Below are positions 49,626-59,900 of a stretch of 64,000 nucleotides of DNA, one piece after another. The notes below the pieces were generated by a model that was not told the DNA's origin, did no database searches, and saw only the letters and a program-made list of their open reading frames with translations. The stretch is taken from contig JAKSDQ010000060.1 of NCBI GenBank assembly GCA_022360015.1, forward strand, positions 13,922 through 77,921. The letters run 5' to 3'. The first letter of the stretch is position 1. Each line of letters begins with the position of its first letter. The position numbers were made by a program, and so were the translations under genes. The DNA is from Cytophagales bacterium. Its GTDB lineage: Bacteria > Bacteroidota > Bacteroidia > Cytophagales > Cyclobacteriaceae.

Positions 49626-50205
49626 GATATTTTACAGCCCTACTTGATAATGGCTCCCGGCATAGGACTACTTATATGCGGGTAATCCTCAAAAAGCCTG
49701 CAAAGTAGCCTTCAGAACCTGCAAAGAAGCCCTTCACATAACCGGGGAAGCCGGAAGTATCGACACCTATGATCCAAAAGAACGGATTCTTCCGGTACCA
49801 AACGGTGATACCCTGCAGGTTATCAGGACACAAAAGGTCTATACATTTTCAGGCGAAAGAAATCAGGATGCACCCCCTCATGCACAGGAAATACTGCCGG
49901 TCACCCTGACCGGTATGCTATTTTTAGACTTGGACTTCACTCAATCCATCGGGTTTATTGCAAACTACGGCAGGTACAACGATACCTCCGGTGCGGTAGC
50001 CGGGGCGATCCTGGGGGCCTATCACGGTTTTGGCAAATTACCGGATAAACTCAAAAATCAGGTGATTGAAACTAACAAAAAACATCCGGGCATTGACCCG
50101 GAAGCACTCGCTGTCCGCATGCATTTGCGTGGACCAATGGGGCCATCTGACAGAAGGCGTCCCGGAGGAGCTTGCGTGATTAACCATCATAAAAAGTTTT
50201 GCTGA
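49622..50205 (+). pseudogene. Eroded ADP-ribosylglycohydrolase-family gene
   Basis: Only the C-terminal NYGR.NDTSGAVAGAILGAYHG..KLP is recognisable (49915-50205). An ATG overlaps the kinase stop (ATGA) but its frame closes early. Confidence 0.65.
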
Positions 50206-50281
50206 CTTTGTTTCAGGGAACCCCAAAATAATGGAGCATCAACCATAAAGATGAGGCCGCCGACCGGCAAAAAAATTGAAA

Positions 50282-50297
50282 TTTAGATTAATCTAAA
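50282..50297. promoter_or_regulatory. Perfect 16-bp palindrome, putative DtxR/MntR-family operator
   Basis: TTTAGATTAATCTAAA, 8 bp upstream of the -33 box of the TonB receptor promoter; resembles TTAGGTTAACCTAA-type boxes. Confidence 0.65.
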
Positions 50298-50305
50298 AAT
50301 TAAAT

Positions 50306-50336
50306 TTTGCAAAGCTAATTTACGTTTTTATATTTG
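50306..50336 (+). promoter_or_regulatory. sigma-ABfr promoter of the TonB receptor-thioredoxin operon
   Basis: TTTG (50306-50309), 19 bp, TATATTTG (50329-50336). Confidence 0.85.
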
Positions 50337-50358
50337 GCAAAAATTTAATTTAATTAGT

Positions 50359-52725
50359 ATGAAAAAATACCTTACTTTAGCTTATTTACTCCAACTGCTA
50401 AGTTTTAGCGCCTTTTGCCAGGAAAACGGAACAATTAAAGGAAAAATCATGGCAAATAACCAACCTCTACCTTACGCCTCTGTTCAGTTTATAGGTACTC
50501 ATCTTGGTACTAGTGCTGATAAAGGAGGCCACTTCATACTGGAAAACGTTCCTGTAGGAAAAGGTGTATTAAAAATCCGGTTAATAGGCTACCAGACTTT
50601 CACCAAAAGTGTCGAGGTGATGGCTGGCGAAACACTTACCGTCAACGCGACACTATTGGAGGACAACCTTAACCTCAACGAGGTCGTTGTCAGTGCCACA
50701 CGGTATGAACTCGACCGTTCCGAAGCCCCGTTGATAGTCAATGTGATTGGTCAAAAATTATTCAAAGCTACGCAATCCATGGCCCTGTCTGAAGGGTTAA
50801 ATTATCAACCTGGCGTCAGGGTAGAAAACAATTGTCAGAATTGCGGTTTTACACAAGTACGCCTCAATGGACTTGAAGGTGCTTATTCGCAGATATTGAT
50901 CAACAGCAGGCCGGTTTATAGCGCCTTGAGCAGCGTTTATGGTTTGGATCAAATACCTACCAACATTGTCGAACGAGTAGAAATTGTGCGCAGCGGCGGA
51001 TCGGCACTGTACGGGTCCAACGCCATTGCCGGTACCGTTAATATCATTACCCGCGAGCCCGTCGAAAACACCTGGGAGGTTTCCAATAACTTCGCCCTCA
51101 CAGACGGTTCAGCGCCGGACAATACCCTCAATTTTAATGGTTCATTGGTAAGCGAGAGCCTGAATAGTGGTGTGACCTTCTATGGAATGTTTCGTAACCG
51201 CGACAGCTTTGATGCCAATGGAGATGGGTTTACTGAAATCACCAAACTTGAAAACAACACGTTCGGTACCAAGGCTTTTTTCAAGCCCAACGACCTTAGC
51301 AAAATCACCTTGGATTTTAATGCCATCAGGGAATATCGCAGGGGCGGTGACCGCCTGGATCTTGCCCCTCACTTTACAGATATTAGCGAGGAGCTGGACC
51401 ACAATACCATTATCACAGGGTTAAATTATGATCTAACCGGCAGGGACGGTAGAAATAAGTTTTCCGCCTATTTTTCCACACAGACCACTGACAGGGATAG
51501 TTTTTATGGAGGTTTGGGAGGCGGCCGTACCCCGGAAGACAGCCTTACTGCCTTCAATGCCTACGGTAATACGGCTGATCTTTCACTTGTGGGCGGATTG
51601 CAATTATCGCGTAACCTCTCCACGGGCGATATTATCACCATAGGCGTAGAGAACCAGTTAAGTGATATAAGAGATGAAATACCCGGTTACAATCGTTTGG
51701 TGGACCAAAGGGTAAATACCATTGGGTTATACGGACAATATGAATGGAAACCGGTTGAGCGGTTAACAGCACTGATTGGTGCAAGATATGATTATACCGA
51801 CGTTGACGGAGAATATGACATTGGAAATATCGAACGTACTTCAGATGTCAGCGTCAATGTCTTTAGTCCCAGAATAACGGTATTGTACAAAGTGACAGAA
51901 TCCTTGCAACTCAGGGGCGGCTATGCCAGGGGCTTCCGGGCACCTCAGGCATTTAATGAAGATATGCACATTTCTTCTGTTGGCGGAGAACCGCAATTTG
52001 TTATCCTGGGAGAAAATTTGGAAAAAGAGCTTTCAGATGCCTTTACAGCCTCTGCTAATCTCACAAGGAACTTTGGCAATACACAAGCCAATATTCTCGT
52101 AGAAGGGTTTTACACTAACCTGAAAAATCCATTCACCTTTGTAAGCACCGGTTCGGTGTTACCCAACGGCTCTATCCTTGAAGAGGTGCGCAATGGCGAA
52201 GGTGCGTATGTCAGTGGTGCAAATTTTGAATTTAATGTATCCCCTTTCTCCGACTTTATTTTTAAGCTGGGAGGAACCGCCCAACAAACAAGGTTCGAGG
52301 AAGATCAGGTACTTTTTGAGCCCGAAGAAACCAATGAGGACGAACCGGTTGTGGTTACTGACGAGTTCATACGCAATCCTGATTTATATGGTTATTTTAC
52401 CACCAACTGGACAGCCACTGAACAGTTCGCTATCGATTTGACCGGAACTTACACCGGCTCCATGATTGTTCCCCGGGTGGTCAGCGAATCGGGTTTTCTG
52501 GATTTGGTGGATACGGATCCTTTTATGGATGTTAATCTAAGACTTTCATATCATATCGACCTGAAAGAAGATTTTCATATCGAGCTAAGCGGAGGGGTTC
52601 AAAACATTTTTAACAGCTATCAGGATGACTTTGATATAGGAGCTGAAAGGGATTCGGAATATGTCTATGGCCCGGCAAGACCGCGCACTTTTTTTCTGGG
52701 GATAAAAATCGGAAATTTTTATTGA
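50359..52725 (+). CDS. TonB-dependent outer-membrane receptor with a CxxC motif in the plug
   Basis: Signal peptide, CarboxypepD-like N-domain, EVVVSA TonB-box region, ENNCQNCG plug, GGSALYGSNAIAGTVNIIT, beta-barrel. Confidence 0.93.
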   Translation: MKKYLTLAYLLQLLSFSAFCQENGTIKGKIMANNQPLPYASVQFIGTHLGTSADKGGHFILENVPVGKGVLKIRLIGYQTFTKSVEVMAGETLTVNATLLEDNLNLNEVVVSATRYELDRSEAPLIVNVIGQKLFKATQSMALSEGLNYQPGVRVENNCQNCGFTQVRLNGLEGAYSQILINSRPVYSALSSVYGLDQIPTNIVERVEIVRSGGSALYGSNAIAGTVNIITREPVENTWEVSNNFALTDGSAPDNTLNFNGSLVSESLNSGVTFYGMFRNRDSFDANGDGFTEITKLENNTFGTKAFFKPNDLSKITLDFNAIREYRRGGDRLDLAPHFTDISEELDHNTIITGLNYDLTGRDGRNKFSAYFSTQTTDRDSFYGGLGGGRTPEDSLTAFNAYGNTADLSLVGGLQLSRNLSTGDIITIGVENQLSDIRDEIPGYNRLVDQRVNTIGLYGQYEWKPVERLTALIGARYDYTDVDGEYDIGNIERTSDVSVNVFSPRITVLYKVTESLQLRGGYARGFRAPQAFNEDMHISSVGGEPQFVILGENLEKELSDAFTASANLTRNFGNTQANILVEGFYTNLKNPFTFVSTGSVLPNGSILEEVRNGEGAYVSGANFEFNVSPFSDFIFKLGGTAQQTRFEEDQVLFEPEETNEDEPVVVTDEFIRNPDLYGYFTTNWTATEQFAIDLTGTYTGSMIVPRVVSESGFLDLVDTDPFMDVNLRLSYHIDLKEDFHIELSGGVQNIFNSYQDDFDIGAERDSEYVYGPARPRTFFLGIKIGNFY

Positions 52726-52726
52726 G

Positions 52727-53212
52727 ATGATCAAGGGTTACCTGTTAAAACACTATCTGGCAGTACTTATCACGGCATTTTGCACACAATTGGTAAGTGC
52801 ACAGAGCAAATCTCAGGTTCAGTGGATCAGCTTCGAGCAATTGGAGGACTCTCTGAAGGCTCGACCAAAGAAAGTATTTATAGATTTTTTTACAGAGTGG
52901 TGCACCTATTGCCGTAAAATGGAAAAGGAAGTATTTACCAAACCGGCTGTCGCAGCGGTATTGAACAACGATTATTATGCCGTTAAAATGGATGCGGAAT
53001 CGATGGATACCATCCGTTTTGACGGACAGCTTTTCATCAACAGAAACAGCACAAAAAGAAGAAAAGGCATACACGACCTGGCCCTTTTACTGGGCCAGCG
53101 TGATGGCCGGTTCGCCCCTCCTACCATGCTTGTATTGGACGCTGAATTCACCATCAAGCAGCGTTACTTTAGTTACATGCACAGCCAAAAACTTCTCAAA
53201 GCGCTTGAATAA
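52727..53212 (+). CDS. Exported thioredoxin-family protein
   Basis: Signal peptide, FIDFFTEWCTYC, PT cis-Pro motif; starts 1 bp after the receptor stop. Confidence 0.88.
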   Translation: MIKGYLLKHYLAVLITAFCTQLVSAQSKSQVQWISFEQLEDSLKARPKKVFIDFFTEWCTYCRKMEKEVFTKPAVAAVLNNDYYAVKMDAESMDTIRFDGQLFINRNSTKRRKGIHDLALLLGQRDGRFAPPTMLVLDAEFTIKQRYFSYMHSQKLLKALE

Positions 53213-53259
53213 ATAAGATAGTATCAGTAGCAGCAAGACCCCTGTCAAAAGCAAGCACC

Positions 53260-53690
53260 CTAAGAGATAGCCACCATCTTACGAAACAGCAAAGGGGTTA
53301 CCCTTCGTATTTCTTGAATAAACGGCTGAAATAAGATTGATCGTAAATACCGATTTCAGAAGCCCCCTTGGCCTACCTGCCATTTGAAACGGGCTGGTAA
53401 ACATGATTAATCTCACAAAGCAAGGCGATAAAATAGGATTGGATCAGGTCGATATTTTGAAGGCCGTTTTTTGAATAGTCAGTAAAAATCCTTTTTAGAA
53501 GCTGCAAAACAAAGCCTGAAGATCGGGCACCGAATTTGATATTGGGATTACCCCACACATTCAGAAACTCAAATGTTTTAAGCAGATCATTTTACCGAAT
53601 TTTCCAACAATAAAGTCATCGTAGAACCCACAAATGTAGCCCTTGTCGATATCATAAAAGGTAGTGCTCTTCCCTGATTTTTTGAAACCG
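53260..53690 (-). pseudogene. AraC-family regulator relic with frameshifts and an internal deletion
   Basis: Manual reading gives GYICGFYDDFIVGKFGK, (N)VWGNP...FIALLCEI, then directly EIGIYDQSYFSRLFKKYEG of the second HTH; frames are broken and most of the HTH region is missing. Confidence 0.75.
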
Positions 53691-53964
53691 TGTGGGCCAC
53701 TCCGGATTATATTCGGCTATTTCTATTTTCACTTGCTCAAAATTGCAGATAACCGATACGCAAATGAATGCTTATGGTAAAACTAGTCGATATTCCCATA
53801 AAAACCAGCCTAAGCTGGTCTGGGGACAGAATAGAAAGGCTTTTTCTTTGAAATATGCCGGTTTTTCGTTGTAAATAGCTGAATACGGTGAACAAAAAAT
53901 CTCATGATTAATAAATCATGAGATTTTTTGTTTTTCAAACATTAAGTATTGTCTTTAGCCGTAT

Positions 53965-56900
53965 TTATTGTTCCGGGATGATGTTTTCTTCATTTTCGAT
54001 CAAAGTACCCTCAAGGGTTCCGGTCAGTGCGATAAACTCAACTCTTCTGTTCAACGCTTTTCCCTCTTTAGTAACATTGCTGGCTATGGGCTTGGATTCA
54101 CCCCATCCTTTGGATTCAAGCCTGGATTCACGGATACCAAATTTGATCAACGCGCGTTTAATAGCTTCTGACCTGTCCTCTGATAGTTTCTGATTAAAAG
54201 CATCTGAACCGTCTGAGTCCGTATGACCATCGATACGGAATGAAATGCCCGGATGTTCTTTCATGAAGGTAGCAATCCTGTTGATAGTGGTAAAGGATTC
54301 AGGCTTAATGGTGGATTTTGAGACGTCAAAGTTGATATCCCTAGTGGTAAATTTACCTTTGGATACCACTTGCTCATACAAGGTCATATTATCAGGGGTA
54401 GATACTATACAACCATTGGCATCGGTCACATTTACCGTATACACCCCTAAAACAAGGTTCTCAATATCCTGCGTTTTGGCACCATTGCTCCACTGGTAGT
54501 CATAAGGCGCTACACCACCATGCACGCTGATATAAATGGCACCACTGTTGTCGCCACAGCACTTTACATTTTTCACGGAGTCGATTCTAAGCTCCAATAA
54601 AGGTGGTTCGGAAACTTCAGCGTTGACCGTTTTAATACAACCATTGGCATCGGTAATCATGGCGGCATAACTGTCTGCACCAATATTACGCAGGTTTTGG
54701 GTCTCAGCGCCGTTACTCCAGGTAAATTGGTATGGCTCTATACCGCCTTTCACATCAATATCAATGGCACCTCTTTCATAGCCAAAACACGCTACATCTG
54801 TGACTTTGCCGACGGAGGCCAGGAATGGCGGAGGCTCTTCTATCACTGCTGAAAGGGTGCTTTCACAACCATTGCCTTCCTTAATTTTTAATGAATAAGC
54901 ACCTGCAGCCACCTGGTGAATATCCCTGCTGGTGGCCCCATTGTTCCACTCAAATGAATAAGGCTGAACACCACCCATCACAGTAACATTGATCGAACCG
55001 GTCTCCTCACCATGGCAACGGACGTCGGTGATCGCATCGATCGACTTCACCAACTCATAAGGTTGTGTAATCTCTGCACTATAGTTCGTGATACATCCAT
55101 TGGCATCCGTAAGGGTGGCCACATACCTGCCCGCTGCCAGGTTCTTGATGCCAGGTGTTTTTTGACCGTCATTCCAATAGTATTCATAAGGGGCAACACC
55201 ACCTTTTGCGGATATGCTAATCGAACCATTTTGTTTCCCCGAACATTCATTGTTCACAAGAGAATCCAATTCAATAATCAGTCTTTCAGGTTGTTTAATG
55301 GCTGTCGTAAATGTCTGTTCACATCCATTGGCGTCGTTTACCCTTACCTGATAACTGCCAGCCATCACGTTCACAATATCTTCACTAACAGCACCATTGC
55401 TCCATTTATATTCATAAGGATAAACACCCCCTTTGACATTAATATCGACAAACCCTTTGCTGTCTCCGTAACAAATGATATTATGAACGGTGTCTTTAGA
55501 TATCATCAAGGGACCGGGTTGTTCTATTACCGTATCCAGTGTAGTCTTACAATCATTTTTATCTGTTACGGCTAACTGATATTTCCCGGCAGGCACTTCG
55601 CTGATATCCTTGGTGGTTTGTCCTGAATTCCATATATACGAATAGGGTTTGATACCACCTTCAATACCTACTAACAATTTACCGGTCTTGTCGCCTGCAC
55701 ACTTAACATCATCTTTGTCCAACAAAGTCGCGATAAGTCCATTAGGTTCTGAAATATTTGCCGTGAGTATCTTTGAACATCCATTGGCATCTTTCACGTT
55801 TACCTCGTAATCTCCTTTGGGAAGGTTTGTGAGGTTTTGTGAGGTGCTGCCATTATTCCATTCGAATGAGTACGGTGAAGTGCCGCCTTCAACCCCCAGG
55901 GATATAGCCCCTTTTTGTTCGCCAAAGCAGCGGTTATTTGTTACATTTTCCACAGATGCCAGTAACTCGGAAGGTTCTGTAATATTCACATGAAGTTCAT
56001 TGGTACAACCGTTGGCATCCGTTATCGTGACCTCGTATTCACCGGCATGGACACCTGTAATATCTTTTGTTTTTTCTCCATTGCTCCAGTAATAACTGTA
56101 TGGTGTAACCCCGCCATTTACATGTAGTTTTACCGCACCTTCATCAATACCCTTGCATTTCACATGGCTTGTTTCCGAAATTTCGGCTGTAAATAACGCC
56201 GGTTCCGTGATGATCTGATTGAATGTTTTCTGACACTGGTTGCCATCTGTGACAGTTAATGTATATTCTCCTGCTTTCAACCCGGAGATATCCTGTGTTT
56301 TAGCGCCAGTATTCCATTCATATTGATAAGGTTCGATACCACCGGTCACGGTTACATTTATGGAGCCCGTGTTATCCTGAAAACAATTGATGTTTTCGAT
56401 GAAGTCTTTAGATACTATGAGTGGTGTCGGTTCTGCCACAGTAGTACTCAGACGCTTTTCATTCCCATTTTGATCTTTTACCGTTACAGTATATTCACCG
56501 GCTTCGATACTGGAGATATTTTGTGTAGAAGCGCCATTGCTCCAACTGAACGCATAAGGAGGCGCACCGCCGGTCACAGAGATGTCTATGGCTCCCAGGG
56601 CATCGCCGTGACAAAGAATATCTTTCACATGATCCAATGAAATTACCAATGGTGGTGGTTGGTTGATAGTGGCAATTACTTTTTTCTCACAACCGTTGGC
56701 ATCCATCACATTCGCGGAGTAATCCCCACCGGGTACTTTGCCGATATCTTCCGTGGTGGCTCCGTTACTCCAGCTATATTGGTAGGGAGTAACACCACCT
56801 TTAACGGAAATGTCGATCGCACCCGCTTTATCACCATTTATCAGTACGTGTTTTACATCAACTACTTCTACTTCCAATAAGGGTGGATGAGATATTTGCA

Positions 56901-59900
56901 CAGCGGGTACCGAATCCCTACACCCATTGGCGTCGCTGATCCCAACGGCATAATTACCGTGTGGAATATCTGTCAAATCCTGCGTTGTCGCACCATTACT
57001 CCACTTGTATTGATAAGGCGCCACACCACCCTTCACAGCTATATTGACATAACCATCGGTGCCGTTAAAGCAAGATACATTTTTTGTATTAACCAATGAA
57101 CTGATTAATTTCGATGGTTCATTGATAACGGCCTTCAAAGTTTGCGTACATCCATTGGCGTCTTCAATGTTGAGCGTATAGGTTCCGGCACCAACATCGA
57201 GCAGGTTTTGACTTGTATTTCCATTACTCCAGTTAAACTTGTATGGTTTCGAACCACCGGCCACTTCAACGCTAACGGCCCCATTTGTAGCCCCATTACA
57301 CAAAATTTGTTTTGTTTTGGCTATGCGGGCCCGAAGCAATGGTGGTTGTTTTACTGCCGCCGTCAATGTTTGCGCACAACCATTGGCATCCGTCACGGTA
57401 AGGGTATAGCTACCAGCCGGCAATTCCCCGATATCTTCCGTGGTCGAGCCATTGCTCCAGCTATACGCATAAGGTTTTACACCTCCTGCAACTGTGACAT
57501 CTATTTTGCCTTTTAAATCACCATGGCAAAGGATATGCTCTATGTTATCCAGCGTTAAGTTTAACAAATCCGGTTGAGTAATCTCAGCATCCAGTGTTTT
57601 GACACATCCATGGGCATCGCGTAGTTTTAATGAATACTTACCGGCAGGCACGGCTTCAAGGTCTTGTGTGGCTGCGCCATTATTCCATTTGTACTGGTAA
57701 GGACCAACACCACCAATCACAGAAACATCAATGGCACCTTCTTCATTACCGTGACAAAGTACATTTGTCACCGACTTTACCGACTGTACAATGGCTGACG
57801 GTTCGGTGATAGTGGTTGTCACAGTCTGTAAACAACCCTTCGCATCGGTTGCCTTTAGTTCATAGAAACCTGCTTTAACATTACTCAGGTTCTGGGTAGA
57901 TGCTCCGTTATTCCAAACAAACTTGTATGGTTTTGTTCCCCCGGAAACCCTGATATTCACATTTCCGGTGTTTTCGCTATTACACAATATATCATTATCG
58001 GACTCAAGGCTTGCTACAAATAAGGGGGGTTCCATGATCTGAGCATCTATTGTCTTGGAACAACCCTTGGCATCGGTTACCATAACTGAATAATTACCGG
58101 CAGGAAGTTTGGTGATGTCTTCGGTTTCCGCACCATTACTCCATGCGTACTTGTATGGCTTAACACCACCCTGAACCGTTAAATTCACAGCCCCCTGAAG
58201 AAGGCCATTGCAATTAATACTTGTAACATCTACTTTTGGTACCAACAATTCATTTTGTGCCACAACGGCCGATAATGTATCCCTGCATCCGTTGGCATCA
58301 AAAATTTCAACGTTGTATTCTCCGGCTTTTACACCGACAATATCCTGCGAAATGGCACCGTTGCTCCATTTGTACTGATAAGGCGTAACACCTCCATTTA
58401 CATCAATGTTTATGGCACCCTTTGCATCTCCATAGCAAAGAATATTGGTTACTTCATGCAACGCTCGAACAAGCTTATCGGGCTGGGTAATCTTTTTTGA
58501 CAGGCTTTTAGTACAACCATTCGCATCTGTCACAACAACATTGTATTCTCCGGCAACAAGATCTTCAATATCCTTGGTTGTCTGTCCGGAATTCCATTTA
58601 TAGGCGTAAGGAGTAACTCCTCCGGATACATTCAAAGAAATAGCCCCTGTAGAATTACCAAAACAGTCGACATTATTGGATTTGTCTTCTTCCACCACAA
58701 GCAATTGGGGTTCCGTCACCTCTGCATTCGCCTGGCGGCGGCATCCGTTGGCATCTGTTACTGTCACCATATAATTACCTGCCTTAACTCCTGCCAGGTC
58801 CTCTGTAGTGGCTTCGTTGCTCCAGTTAAAAATATAAGGCTCCTTGCCTCCGGTAACCGCAATATCCACTGAGCCCGAATTCTCCCCGAAACAATTGATA
58901 TTTTCGATTTTCAAGATATTTATTTGCAAGGGCTCCGGCTCGGTCACTGTAGCCTCAAGTATCTGTTCACACAAATTGGCATCTGTTATTTTTACCGAGT
59001 ACTTACCTGCAGGCACATTTTTAAGATCCTGGTTATTATCACCATTACTCCAACGGTATTTGTAGGGAGGAACACCTCCTGCTACATCTATATCCACACC
59101 TCCCGAATACTCGCCGTGACAGTCAATATTTTTAGCGCTAATCAAAGATGCCTGAAATGCAGGAGGTTCCGTAAGAACGGTATCCGCTTGCTTTTTATGA
59201 CCATTTGCATCAGTCACAACAACGGAGTAGTTGCCGGCTTTTACTTGGGTCAAATCCTGAACCGTTTGTCCGCTGCTCCACTGATAAGAATAAGGTGACA
59301 CACCCCCAATAACCGAGACACTTATCTCACCGGTATTGTCGCCATGGCAAGCAATATTTTGGGTTTTATATATTCTGACCACCATTGGTTCGGGTTGGGT
59401 AAGGGTGACGTTCAGGATCTTCGCACAGCCAATTGCGTCTGTAATCCGGACTGAATATGAACCGGCTTTGAGGCCTCTTAAATTCTGTGTTTCTTTATCG
59501 TTGCTCCACTTGAATTTATACGGGGCTACACCCCCTGAAACTTCAATATCGATGCTACCGTCTTCACCTTGATAATGACGCACGTTTTGTGCCTTGATAA
59601 GCTTCGCCGTAAGTGGAAGAGGTTGGGTAAGGGTTGTTTCTATTGAATTCTCACACCCATTTTTATCTGTGACCTGTACTGAATAACTGCCTGCTGGTAT
59701 CCCTGCAATATCTTGCATCGTTTTCCCGTTGCTCCACTGGTACTGGTAAGGTTGGGTACCTCCTGTTACATTGATATTGATGGCCCCTCCAAAGTCACCA
59801 TTACACCTCAGGTTTCTTATTTCATCAAAGCCAATCTCCAGGGGTTTGGGCTCTGCTACGGTGGTTAAAGAAACTTCGGTACAGCCCACAGCATCTTTTA

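Noticed and set aside
49697-49738. Imperfect 21-bp tandem duplication (CCTGCAAAG.AGCC.TTCA)
   Set aside because: Two copies only, inside a pseudogene; most simply a decay-associated duplication.
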